A stretch of DNA of 64,000 nucleotides, taken from NCBI GenBank assembly GCA_964016885.1, contig OZ024755.1, positions 1,364,001-1,428,000 of the forward strand, given 5' to 3'. Origin of the DNA: Eledone cirrhosa. Its lineage: Eukaryota. The position numbers were made by a program, and so were the translations under genes. Shown in pieces: positions 49,530-63,651 of this stretch. The first letter of the stretch is position 1; the number at the start of each line of letters is the position of its first letter. The notes under the pieces were generated by a model, which had not been told where the DNA came from, ran no database searches, and saw only the letters and a list, made by a program, of their open reading frames with translations.

Positions 49530-50100
49530 TTACGGTCTGAGTTCAAATCCCGTCGAGGTTAACTTTGCCTTTCATCCTTATGGGGTCGATAAAATAAAGT
49601 ACCAGTAATGCACTGGGTAATTGCTGGCCTTGTGCCAAAAGTAGAAACAATTATTATAACTGAGTTGGATTTTTTTAGTTTTGTAATCTTTACATTTTAA
49701 ATTGTTGAGTCAGATGAGGAAGTATTTTAAATGTGTAATTAAAGGGCTGCACCTATGACATATTTCATACCTTCCTAAACTTGTGGGACTAGTCGTGACT
49801 AATACGTCTTACAAGAAGGGTCTCCGTTAAAGTCACCTGTTAAACCAAGTAACAGATTAAATCTGTTGTTAGTGTTATAATAATTACAGACTTGTGGATT
49901 AGCAGAGTCAGACAAGATGCCTTGCAGTATTTGTTCTGGTTCTTTATGTTCTGAGTTCAAATCCCTCCGATGTTAACTTTGCCTTTCATCCTTCTGAGGT
50001 GGATAATAAAAAATAGTAAAGTACCAGTGGAGTACTGGGGTCTATATAATTGACTCACCCCTCAATTGCTGGTTTTGTGTCTGTTAGAAACCATTGCCTA
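49530..50100 (+). mobile_element. Two SINE family A copies (~49530-49655, ~49895-50100)
   Basis: B-box and core motif as at 289-478. Confidence 0.75.
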
Positions 50101-50118
50101 ATTATACTTTTTTATGTA

Positions 50119-50169
<51 letters not shown>

Positions 50170-50268
50170 GTATATATATATATATGTGTGTGTGTGTGTA
50201 TATATATATGTGTGTGTGTGTATATATATATGTGTGTGTGTGTATATATATGTGTGTATATATATGTA

Positions 50269-50303
<35 letters not shown>

Positions 50304-50434
50304 GTGTGTGTGTGTGTATATATATATATGTGTGTGTATATATATATATGTGTGTGTATATATATATGTGCGTGTGTGTATATATATATGTGTGTGCGTG
50401 TGTGTATATATATGTGTGTGTGTGTATATATATA

Positions 50435-50520
<86 letters not shown>

Positions 50521-51169
50521 TCTGTATATATATATAAATATATATGAGAGACGTAAAATAAGAAAATTATAAAATTAACTTACTAAAATATATACAATGA
50601 CTAAAAACTAAGTTCTCTTGTGAAATAATTTTGTAGCCACGTAAACAAAATGGTGAAATTATTTAATATTTGTTTTATTGTTTGTTTAATATTGAAATGT
50701 AATAAGTTAAGTGTGTGGGGAGGGGGGGGGGGGGCTAATGGAATTTATGTAGGTAGGTAATATCTGTCATGGTGAAAACCTACAGCTCCTACCTGGGGTA
50801 TACTTGGGTGACTTTCTAATGGAGAGAGGGGAGAGTAGTGAATACTATGGAGAGGGAGAGATAGTAGTGAATACTAATGGAGAGAGGGGAGAGTAGTGAA
50901 TACTATGGAGAGGGAGAGATAGTAGTGAATAAAGAGAGAGAGGGGGAGGAGAGATAGTAGTGGATACTAATGGAGAAGGGGGAAGAGAGAGAGTAGTGAA
51001 TAAAGAGGGAGGAGAGATAGTAGTGGATACTAATGGAAAGGGGGAAGAGGGAGAGAGTAATAATAACGAAAGTTAATGGAGAGAGAGAGAGGTGAATACT
51101 AATGGAAAGAGAGAGAGAGAGTAATAATAATGAAAGCTGCTGGAGAGAGAGATGTGTATGGGAGGAGGG

Positions 51170-51425
51170 GGGGTAAACTATCCGAAGGCAGTGAAAGTAC
51201 AGGGGAGGATAACTCTAACATTCCTATTGTTGACAGATCAACAAAAGGTGAAGCGACAGAGTTGAACCGACCCACGTATTTATTAATCATTCTTTATGTA
51301 AATTCCCATCCAAAGACGTCCCATAATTTATGTCTGTCCGAGATAATATCATCGTAACAAGGAGTCTCTGTGATTTCGGTGGAAACTCGTCTTTTACAAT
51401 TTCTTCCCCAAACTTTCTAAATTAG
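51170..51425 (+). promoter_or_regulatory. Candidate promoter / non-coding first exon of the F-box/WD40 gene
   Basis: Locally CpG-retaining unique sequence ending in AG|gtaagt at 51425; the first coding exon has an acceptor 14 nt before its ATG, so an upstream exon is required. Confidence 0.5.
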
Positions 51426-51623
51426 GTAAGTCTGTTGTCACGTTTATAAAGAAACTTAAATCTATCGAGATTTTCTGTCGTCGATATTATCAACGATAAT
51501 TAGTTAAAGTTGGTGGCTTAAACAACTCTAATTACTAAATTTCATTAATAGCTGGGGTGGTCAGTTTCAGAATGTTTTATTTTTAATTGATTTTGGTAAA
51601 TAGAAGTCTGTCGAAATTTCATC

Positions 51624-51659
<36 letters not shown>

Positions 51660-51846
51660 TCTTTCATATTCGATTTTAACAAAATTTTGTATCAGCTAAT
51701 AATTGTTTCTTATGTACTAGTTATTATATTAGTTATATTCTCATGGATAATACTTTCTATCCCAAATGAAGTTTGGACACACCTACACACACACACACAC
51801 ACATACATACACGTGCCTGTATATATATATATATAATATATATATA

Positions 51847-51891
<45 letters not shown>

Positions 51892-52520
51892 CTATACACA
51901 TGTATCCACACACACACACACACGTGCGTGGCTGGTTATAGGAGCCATAGAAAACTTGTCAAACAAGGGGGCTAGGAGTACCCTTCAGTTGACATGACAA
52001 TCTCTCTAGTGTCGGTACCACAATAAAAAAAACACTTGGTAGAGTGTTGGACCGTATTTAAACTAGACGTGGACAGCCCCCTTCCTGGGGGGGGGGGGCT
52101 GTCTGGGAGGTCAGTGGCCACACTTCAGTACCGACTCGGGCTTTGAAGACCCGATCAACCCATACTTACAGGACAAAAAAAACGGACGTTGATTGATGAT
52201 GATGATGATGATGATACAAATAAATCGATAATCGTTAGGAATCTATTGACCTCGACTTTATACGGAATTTAATTTTGGTACATGCGTCCTTAAACTAAAG
52301 AAGTTCGATATTTTATATCTAATTTCCATAGTTTTAGCTTCTGTATCTTTCTACTTTTTTTTTCTTTTTCCTCTTCTGCTCCAGAAATATCCCCAGTAAA
52401 TGTTAACCAACCTGGGTTGGCGGAAATCTCTACCTTAGAAATCAAGACTTACTTTTCTTTTTCTTTTAACGTGTCTAATTACATTTGGTATTTTCCTGTT
52501 TCATCATTGATTCCCCCCCC

Positions 52521-52581
<61 letters not shown>

Positions 52582-52889
52582 CGTATAAATGAAAAGTATA
52601 GAAATTATTGTGAGCAAGAAGCCAACAGTATTTCCTAATATATATATGTATATATATGGATGGTGGCGAGTATGACAGACAAGTATGTGTGGAGGGGGGG
52701 GGGGCTGTATTTCAACGTAAAGGGGGTGATGGATATGCCCGATCAGAATGAAGGTGGTGTTGGAAGAGGGGGTGGAAGTGGTGGAGGTGTTGGGGTTGGT
52801 GGTGGTGCATAAGGTGGTGTTTGTGGAGATTTGGTATTTTCCTGTTTCATCATTGATTTTCTTTTTTTTCCTGCTGCTTGGAAATATTC

Positions 52890-53250
52890 TCCTATTTACC
52901 TGTGGGCTTATTGCCCACCTATTTACCTGTGGGCTTATTGCCCCACCTATTTACCTGTGGGCTTATTGCCCCACCTATTTACCTGTGGGCTTATTGCCCC
53001 ACCTATTTACCTGTGGGCTTATTGCCCCACCTATTTACCTGTGGGCTTATTGCCCCACCTATTTACCTGTGGGCTTATTGCCCCACCTATTTACCTGTGG
53101 GCTTATTGCCCCACCTATTTACCTGTGGGCTTATTGCCCCACCTATTTACCCGTGGGCTTATTGCTCACCTATTTACCCGTGGGCCTATTGCCCACCTAT
53201 TTACCCGTGGGCCTATTGCCCACCTATTTATCCGTGGGCCTATTGCCCAC
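52890..53250. repeat. 28-bp minisatellite
   Basis: acctatttacctgtgggcttattgcccc. Confidence 0.95.
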
Positions 53251-53446
53251 AGGTACATGAGAATTTTTTGTCTAAATCCCACCATTATTTTATCAAAATA
53301 TTTATGTAGTTGTTCCAATTCTCTCTATTCTCTCTCTCCATTCTCTCTCTCTATCTATCTCTCCATTCTCTCTCTCTGTATATCTATCTCTCCATTCTCT
53401 CTCTGTCTATCTATCTCTCCCTTCTCTCTCTCTCTATCTATCTCTC

Positions 53447-53486
<40 letters not shown>

Positions 53487-53862
53487 GTCTATCCCTCTCT
53501 CTGTCTATCTATCTATCTCCTCTCTCTCAAACAGTGTGGTGTATGTGGTGAGGGAGTGACACCAAACACTCTCATGCCATGTACACTTTGGTGGCCTTAG
53601 GCAGTAAGTCCACATTATATTCTGTATAATAGAACAATGTTCATAACTTATGTCAGCAGTGATAAAAAGTTGCTGTCCCTGGAAAGAAACAATACAGTTA
53701 TTAATAAGAAGAGTTGAAATTAATGCATGCAAGATTTCACAGCTCTAGCATCACTCCTTCATAGTCAGCCTATGAACTTTTCGGCCAACCCCTTCATATA
53801 TATATATATATATACACACAATATTTTATATCATAGATATAAAGTGTATACATACAAACTTT

Positions 53863-53913
<51 letters not shown>

Positions 53914-54115
53914 ATACATATGTAAATATTGAATTCATACTATGAGCTAATGAAGGTAAATTTTGTAATTGTTTTGTAAAAATTTCATATAATTCAAAAT
54001 ATATTTGTTGATTCATTCAAAAGTTTAATTATTTGTCTTAAAGTTTATTATTAGTTTATTAATTGTTTAATTAGTGGTTCTTTCTGTCTCTTTTTTTTTA
54101 GGTTTAAATGCAGCC

Positions 54116-54751
54116 ATGTTTGGTTCTAACCAAAGCAAGAAACTGCATGATTCTTACCATAGTAGTGCACAGCCAACATTTCCAGCTATGACTTTACATT
54201 CCCCATCAATGGAGAAGGAGAATGATGCTACATTTGACCACGAATCAATGACCAATGGTTCTTTAAATCCAGAGCAACAATCATTCTTGAACTCTTTTGG
54301 AGAATTATCGTGTCACTGTTCTAACTACAGTAACTGTCACCAAAGTAACATTCCTTCAAAAACAAACACTTATCACCAACAGAATCAACAACGTAACACC
54401 CTAAATGAAATCTCCCATTTAGATATTATTCAGAGGAATAGTGAAAGTATTTTACTTCAAGACTGTTCCTCACAGAAGCTACAACATCACCCTAATGTTT
54501 TATGTCCCTCAGATTCCAATCATTCTTTGAATAACAGTTTACTGTGCGTCGATGGCGAACCAAACAAACAATCAAATACTGTGATTGAGAATGTAGCAAA
54601 CCAAAGTACATTAAAGTCACAGAAACCTCATTTACCTCTCTGTATATATTCTAGAGGAAAGCTAAACTGTGTGTCTCAAAAAAAAAAGATATGTGCAACT
54701 AATTCTACAAAGTATGGAGTGAGTCCCAAAAAATTTCGCAAATGTACCGAG
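54116..54751 (+). CDS. F-box/WD40 gene first coding exon (low-complexity S/N/Q-rich N-terminus)
   Basis: 212 open codons, GAG|gtaaga donor. Confidence 0.85.
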
Positions 54752-57700
54752 GTAAGACTATTTATTTTCAGTTTTATTTCCCTTTTAATAAAATAAATGC
54801 ATGTGGGAATATAAAATGCCTAAACCAGAAACCATTTTATAGACTGGTAGATTAGCAATACTGGTGTGTGTGTGTAATGAGATAACAAGACTCTGTTTAC
54901 GTAGGGACTTCACTGAGGGGTCAGTTTCTGTTTTCCAACATTTCTCTATGGCCAGGCAATGTCCTGGTCTCAAGCTTGCTGGATATAAGCAGCCCAACCT
55001 GTAGTAATACACTTGAGGTTTTATATTTCCTAGCATAGAGATCAGCCAATGTACAGACAGGGTGTTACAAAAATATCCAAGAAACTACAAAGTCTAGAAG
55101 AAGACTGAGCAGGATTAATGTTGAGTAGCACAAGATTTATTCCTCAACATTACAACACTAATTCACTATATATTTTAATGTTGAGTAGCACAAGATTTAT
55201 TCCTCAACATTACAACACTAATTCACAATATATATTTTAATGTTGAGTAGCATAAGATTTATTCCTCAACATTAAAACACTAATTCACTATATATTTTAA
55301 TGTTGAGTAGCATAAGATTTATTCCTCAACATTAAAACACTAATTCACTATATATATTTTAATGTGACAACCTTGGTAACAGGCTATTGATATCAAATAT
55401 TTTGAAACACCCTGTATACCATTTTAAACAATGATTCCTTCCTTAGGTCAACAGGGTCACCCCTGGTGACCTCTTTATACATAGTTTGGGGTGAAGTTAT
55501 CCAAACAGAAACAATACCTCTATTTTCTTGATAATTAATTTTTCATTATTTGATTATTTTGTTCTTTTATTTAAGGAAATGGGGAAATGGTTTCTGGAAT
55601 TTAATGATGAACAGAAAAATATTTTTCTCAAAGGTTTGTTGGTAAGAAACATTTTCTTTTTTTTTTCTTTTTTTATGTGTGTATGTGTATATTTTCAGAA
55701 TAGGTTGACACTAGTTTGTAAACTCTAAACACCGTGTTTATCCAGTCTTTTTTTTTATTAGTATTTATTAACTTAAACTTCATTAATTTTTCTATCACTA
55801 GTGAGTTGTGTGATTGTGTGTGTGTGTGGGGGGGGGGGGGGGGGGGGGCGTGTGTGTGATGTGTGCATGTGATGTGTGTGTGTGTGATGTATGTGTGTGT
55901 GATGTGAGAAGAGTGTGTTGTGGAGTGTGATGTGAGAAGAGTGTGTTGTGATGTGAGTTTGGTAGCAGGCTGAACTGTTTCAAGGTTCATATATTTTCTG
56001 ACTAAGGAAAGATTTTAATTTCTTTTCAAATCTAGAAAGGTTGTGATTTACCTCAATTACATTTGCTGTCTGTGAAAATGGAGCCCAACTTACATCGAGG
56101 ATGTCCTCCAAATTGCCAAGATATCATTACCTGGTTACCCACTAATTTAGCCACTAAAATTATGTCATTTCTAGATCCAGGTGAGTAATTTTTTGTTTCT
56201 ATATTTGTTTGTAATATTACAGTGATTTATTAAGGGGGGGGCGGTAGAGTTGGTAGAGCTTCAAATATGAGGTGGGGGGGAGAATTGTTAGAGCTTCAGA
56301 TATAATGAAGTGGGGTAGAGTTGGTAGAATTTCAGATCAAATGAGGTAGGGGTAGAAATTGAGTTTTAATGATTTTTTTTAATATATTACCTTTGTATTA
56401 ATATATGATTTTAAATGATTAAAAATAAATTTCTTTGTTGCAGTGAGTCTGTGTCGATCTTCACAAGTTTGCAAAATTTGGCGCCGAATTGGTGAGGATC
56501 CTACTTTCTGGCGTCGGTTTTGTTCTCAACCAAAATGGCGATTGTCTAAAACTGCAGAACACAAACAAGTAATCATTCATATGTCTCCAGAAGGTTCTAT
56601 ACAGGTAGATATTGGTTCTGTTCAGATAAATATTGGTCTACCCTGGAGTACAAGACATACCTACCTAGAGTACCAAACTGTGAATCATTAGAATTGTCGA
56701 TATTTTTACAATAATTTTCACTCTCAAGTATTGTGAGTGTCTCGCTATTGTGAGTGTCTCGCTATTGTGAGTGTCTCGCTATTGTGAGTGTCTCGCTATT
56801 GTGAGTGTCTCGTTATTGTGAGTGTCTCGCTATTGTGAGTGTCTCGCTATTGTGAGTGTCTCGTTATTGTGTCTCGCTATTGTGAGTGTCTCGCTATTGT
56901 GAGTGTCTCGTTATTGTGTCTCGCTATTGTGAGTGTCTGAAGTTTTGCTATTTCTAATTCTTTCAGTGGAAGAAAGTTTTTGCTGAGCGATTCCGATTAC
57001 GAAATAATTGGTTAAAAGGTCGTTGCACAGTGAGAACGTTTGAAGGACACACTCAAGGTAAATAGTTGTTAAACACTCAATCTTAACCATTTTGTGGTGG
57101 TGGTGGTGATATTTTTGTTGGTGGTGGTGGTGGTGGTGGTGGTGGTGTTGTTGTTGTTGTTTGACAAGTTTGAGCTGTCCTATGTCAAAAGATATTCCAG
57201 CATTGATCATCCCATCTTTTATAACATCTACAACTACATTGTTGCATGTGTCTCTTGTTTCAAGACGGATGTAATTTGAGGAATCTTGACTGCTAATGAA
57301 GCTGTCATGTCGTTGACACAAAGAAAGGGTCTTCCTAACCCTTTCACAGACTTTACAGTGTGTACTGGGAGTGTTTACTGTGTAGATCACCAACATTTCA
57401 TATTAAAAAGATGGTTGATACTTTTATGTTTACATTTATCTAAGTTTCTGCTTACTTAATTTCCAGGTATTTCTTGTATACAGTTTGATGACACTCGGAT
57501 TGTTAGTGGATCGTCTGACAAAACTATTCGGGTATGTTAGCCATCACTTTAGCCATCAACTATTACTTTTATAATTCTTGACACATATTTTATTTTACTT
57601 CAACTATATTTCATCATCATTTTCTGTCTCCTGTTCCATGCTAGTATGGGTTGGACAGGTCGTTACAGACGAAGTCAGTACTTAATTGAAGCTACTGTCC

Positions 57701-60700
57701 TCTTAAACAGATTAAGGGATCACATCTCAATCATTAAATTCTATTTTTAAACATGGTTTCTACAGCTGGGTACCATACCTAATACCAACCACTTTACAGA
57801 GTGTACTGAGTGCATTTTATCGTGGTACCAGCACTATCACTTTACAGAGTGTACTGAGCGCATTTTATCGTGGTACCAGCACTATCACCTTACAGAGTGT
57901 ACTGAGTGCATTTTATCGTGGTACCAGCACTACCACTTTACAGAGTGTACTCGGTGTATTGTATTGTGGTACCAGCTCTAGAGAGCTTGTCACATATTTG
58001 ATGGTGAAGCCCCTTCCTTTCCAGGACTGAACAGGGCTGATTTCTTCCATAGAAAGAAGGAGAGAGAGAGGAAGTGAGAAAGAGATATAAAGGAAGAGTC
58101 GATCCTAGGTGGAAGGACAAAGTTGATTAAATCAACCCCAGTATTTCACTGGTACTTTACTTATCGACCCTGGAAGGATGTGAAAGGATAAATTAACCCC
58201 AGTAAAATTTGAACCTAGAATGTAAAGAACCAGTACAAATACCATTATGGTATTTTATCGGATGCTCTACCGATTCTGCCAATACACGGCACTCTGCCTG
58301 CAAAAAATATGAAGAATAGAAAAAAAACTAAGACTTACTATCATACATTATAAACTGCAGTGGGTTGGCAGTATCGGTAGAGGGTCGGACGCCATACATT
58401 GACGCATAGAGTTACGGCCCTTTACGGTATGAGTTCAAATCCCGCCGAGGTTAACTTTGCCTTTCATTCATACGGGGTCGATAAAATAAAGTACCAGTAA
58501 TGTACTGGGATAATTGCTGGCCTTGTGCCAAAAGTAGAAACAATTGTAAACTGTAGTTGTACTGTTTTACATACAGATGGCGTCTCAGAACAATTTTTAA
58601 ACAATTCTGTTTTGCTGTCAACAAATATATTTGTTTGTTTGATAAACACTTCAATATTTCCCACATCAAAATATTAAATATGTTCAGAGTTGTCTCCCAT
58701 GTTTCTGAAACCAACATTCATCAACGAAATTTGCTTCACCATAAATTTCTTTTGTTAAGGTGTGGAATATTCGAACAAATGCTCCTTGGTCAGTACAGAC
58801 GTTGGTTGGTCACAGTGGAACTGTGCGGTGTTTACATTTAGAAGGGAACCGACTAGTAAGTGGTTCTTCCGACAAAACAATAAAGGTAAATAACTACTTA
58901 ACTAATTTCTTCTTTGTCCACTTATTCCTGGGAGGGTCATGGGAGCAGAGTCCTTAACCCTTTAACATTTACATTACTCTATATATATACTATAGTATTT
59001 TCATGGTAAAGGCTTTACATTACTCTATATATATACTATAGTATTTTCATGGTAAAGGCTTTACCTTACATGATACCTCACATAACATTGAATCTATGAG
59101 ATTTTAATATTATTTATTTTGAGAATAATACCCTAACATAAGTATGAGGGGTCAGTTACAGCTGGTTATGACCGGTTTGAACAGAAAGAAGCGAGACAAT
59201 TCTGGCCAGATATGGCTGGTTTAAATGCTAAAGGGTTAAACACTCCTTCCAGCAGCTCTTGTCAGTGGCAAGTGTCTCCAACTGATCTGGCTTGATCTCC
59301 ATGTGAGACCAGCCTCATTGTTGGCCACTCTGGAGCACTGCCTTCTATTACTGGTGTCAGCCATTATACTGTGGCCATGCTGGAGCACTTCCTTCTATTA
59401 CTGGTTTCACTCATTATACTGTGGCCATGCTGGAGCACTTCCTTCTATTACTGGTTTCACTCATTATACTGTGGCCATGCTGGAGCACTTCCTTCTATTA
59501 CTGGTTTCACTCATTATACTGTGGCCATGCTGGAGCACTTCCTTCTATTACTGGTTTCACTCATTATACTGTGGCCATGCTGGAGCACTTCCTTCTATTA
59601 CTGGTTTCACTCATTAGACTGTGGCCATGCTGGAGCACTGCCTTCTATTACTGGTTTCACTCATTAGACTGTGGCCATGCTGGAGCACTGCCTTCTATTA
59701 CTGGTTTCACTCATTAGACTGTGGCCATGCTGGAGCACTGCCTTCTATTACTGGTTTCACTCATTATACTGTGGTCATGCTGGAGCACTGCCTTCTATTA
59801 CTGGTGTCAGCCATTAGACTGTGGCCATGCTGGAGCACTGCCTTCTATTACTGGTGTCAGCCATTAGACTGTGGCCATGCTGGAGCACTTCCTTCTATTA
59901 CTGGTGTCAGCCATTAGACTGTGGCCATGCTGGAGCACTGCCTTCTATTACTGGTTTCACTCATTATACTGTGGCCATGCTGGAGCACTTCCTTCTATTA
60001 CTGGTGTCAGCCATTAGACTGTGGCCATGCTGGAGCACTGCCTTCTATTACTGGTTTCACTCATTATACTGTGGCCATGCTGGAGCACTGCCTTCTATTA
60101 CTGGTTTCACTCATTATACTGTGGCCATGCTGGAGCACTTCCTTCTATTACTGGTGTCAGCCATTAGACTGTGGCCATGCTGGAGCACTGCCTTCTATTA
60201 CTGGTTTCACTCATTATACTGTGGCCATGCTGGAGCACTGCCTTCTATTACTGGTGTCAGCCATTATAATAATAATAATAATGAAATTATTGTGTACAGT
60301 GCTCAGGTGCACTACAACTCATCAAAGGTGCATGTATAGTACATAGAATAATGTACAAATGTCAGGAAAATAAACAGTGCATGAGTCATGATATAATAAC
60401 AATAACAACAATGAAATATTGTGTACAGTGCCCAGGTGCACCACAACTCATCAAAAAAGTGCATGTACAGTACATAGGGCAATGCACAAACATCAGTAAA
60501 ATGAACAGTGCACAAGTCATGATACACACATGTGTGCATGTGTATGGACAGGGTACATCAGGTGTAGTTTTGGCGTATTTCGGGAAGCATGAGTGTCTTA
60601 AAGGATGCAGTGTCTCGGCAGCTAACAACTGACGCAGGCAGTTTGTTCCATGCTTCAGCAACTCTGAGCGTGAAAAAATGTCTGCGAAAGTCATGGGAGC

Positions 60701-63617
60701 TGTGCTGTTTTCTGATCTTGTAGGCATGTCCACGTGTGTTAGATACATGGAGATCAAAGAGGCGCATATACTCTGGTCATGCCGGAGCACTTCCTTCTAT
60801 TACTGGTTTCGGCCATTAGACTGTGGTCATGCTGGAGCACTGCCTTCTTTTCCTGGTTTCAGCCATTAGACTCTGGCCATGCTGGAGCACTGCCTTCTAT
60901 TACTGGTTTCGGCCATTAGACTGTGGTTATGCTGGAGCACTGCCTTCTATTACTGGTTTCGGCCATTAGACTGTGGTCATGCTGGAGCACTGCCTTCTAT
61001 TACTGGTTTCGGCCATTAGACTGTGGTCATGCTGGAGCACTGCCTTCTATTACTGGTTTCAGCCATTAGACTGTGGTCATGCTGGAGCACTGCCTTCTAT
61101 TACTGGTTTCACTCATTATACTGTGGCCATGCTGGAGCACAGCCTTCTATTACTGGTTTCGGCCATTAGACTGTGGTCATGCTGGAGCACTGCCTTCTAT
61201 TACTGGTTTCACTCATTATACTGTGGCCATGCTGGAGCACAGCCTTCTATTACTGGTTTCACTCATTATACTGTGGCCATGCTGGAGCACTGCCTTCTAT
61301 TACTGGTTTCACTCATTATACTGTGGCCATGCTGGAGCACAGCCTTCTATTACTGGTTTCACTCATTATACTGTGGCCATGCTGGAGCACTGCCTTCTAT
61401 TACTGGTTTCACTCATACTGTAGCCATGCACAGTTTCCATCAACCAAATTTCACTCAGAAGTCAGACTACCTGAGGCCATAGTAGGAAGGACACTTGCCC
61501 AAGGGGCCATTTAGTAAGGCCGGAGCCAAAACTATCTTTTTACAAAGAGAACTCCTTAACCACACAACCACACCTTTACAAAGAGAACTCCTTAACCACA
61601 CAACCACACCTTTACAAAGAGAACTCCTTAACCACACAACCACACCTTTACAAAGAGAACTCCTTAACCACACAACCACACCTTTACAAAGAGAACTCCT
61701 TAACCACACAACCACACCTTTACAAAGAGAACTCCTTAACCACACAACCACTCCTTTACAAAGAGAACTCCTTAACCACACAACCACACCTTTACAAAGA
61801 GAACTCCTTAACCACACAACCACACCTTTACAAAGAGAACTCCTTAACCACACAACCACACCTTTACAAAGAGAACTCCTTAACCACGCAACCACACCTT
61901 TACAAAGAGAACTCCTTAACCACGCAACCACACCTTTACAAAGAGAACTCCTTAACCACACAACCACACCTTTACAAAGAGAACTCCTTAACCACGCAAC
62001 CACTCCTTTACAAAGAGAACTCCTTAACCACGCAACCACACCTTTACAAAGAGAACTCCTTAACCACACAACCACACCTTTACAAAGAGAACTCCTTAAC
62101 CACACAACCACACCTTTACAAAGAGAACTCCTTAACCACACAACCACACCTTTACAAAGAGAACTCCTTAACCACACAACCACACCTTTACAAAGAGAAC
62201 TCCTTAACCACACAACCACACCTTTACAAAGAGAACTCCTTAACCAGGCAACCACACCTTTACAAAGAGAACTCCTTAACCACACAACCACACCTTTACA
62301 AAGAGAACTCCTTAACCACGCAACCACACCTTTACAAAGAGAACTCCTTAACCACGCAACCACACCTTTACAAAGAGAACTCCTTAACCACACAACCACA
62401 CCTTTACAAAGAGAACTCCTTAACCACACAACCACACCTTTACAAAGAGAACTCCTTAACCACACAACCACACCTTTACAAAGAGAACTCCTTAACCACA
62501 CAACCACACCTTTACAAAGAGAACTCCTTAACCACACAACCACACCTTTACAAAGAGAACTCCTTAACCACGCAACCACACCTTTACAAAGAGAACTCGT
62601 TAAACACACCTATACCTACACAAGTATTAACAGTGTTATATTTTCCCTGTTTCCAAAGGTATGGGACCTCTCCACACAAGACAGGTGGTCCAGTATAGCG
62701 TGTAAAGTGACTATGGTCGGTCATTCAGATACAGTCAGGTGTTTACAGGTAAGTCTTCTTTGATCTAATATCAAATTGGTTTAGATGTGAACTGTACCTG
62801 TAATTCAATGGGCCGGCTTTGATATACATTGTTATGCTGAGTCTGAGGATTGTATTAAGTATTAAGGGTACACGTGTTTACATAAGGATGGAGGATTGCA
62901 TTAAGGGTACATATGTCTATATAAGGGTGGAGGATTGCATTAAGGGTACACATGTCTGTGAAAGTAGTTAGGATGTTCAACACAGAATCATAAGATTGTG
63001 TGTTTGTTTCTGCTGATCACATTGTGTCCTTGAGCAAGACACTTTATTTCATCCAGCCATTGAAACCAATCCAAAATACAGATTTGAAACAGCAAGACAT
63101 GGTCTCCAGACTTGTAACAGGACAGCATGTCTGGCCCATGCAATCGTGAGGAAATGGACATTAAACAATGACGATGATGATATAATGTGTATATATAATG
63201 TGTGTATATAATGTGTATATAATTTTCTACATTTGGCATAAGGCCAGCAATTACCCCAGTGTATTACTGGTATTTTATTTTACCGACCCTGTAAGGATGA
63301 AAAGCAAAGTTAACCTCAGCAGGATTTGAACTCAGAACGTCAAGGGCCGTAACTCTATGGTGCGTCCGTATAATGTGTATATATAATGTATGTGTGTATA
63401 TTAACAACAGCTATATACATCAGCAGAAATACCCTGAAACCAGTGAGGCATAAAAATGTTTTGTTGTATTTATGCTGTCAAAATTCCTCAGACATCCCCT
63501 GATAACTTAATGCAGTAAACCATGGATTGTTCTGTTGGACACCTATAATCAGTGACACTGTTGTTGCTGTTGTTGTTGCTGTTGCTTCTTTTTCTTGCTG
63601 TTGCTGTTCACAAAATG

Positions 63618-63651
<34 letters not shown>

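Noticed and set aside
59323-62600. Multiple overlapping ORFs
   Set aside because: Translations of 50-bp and 36-bp tandem repeats inside an intron
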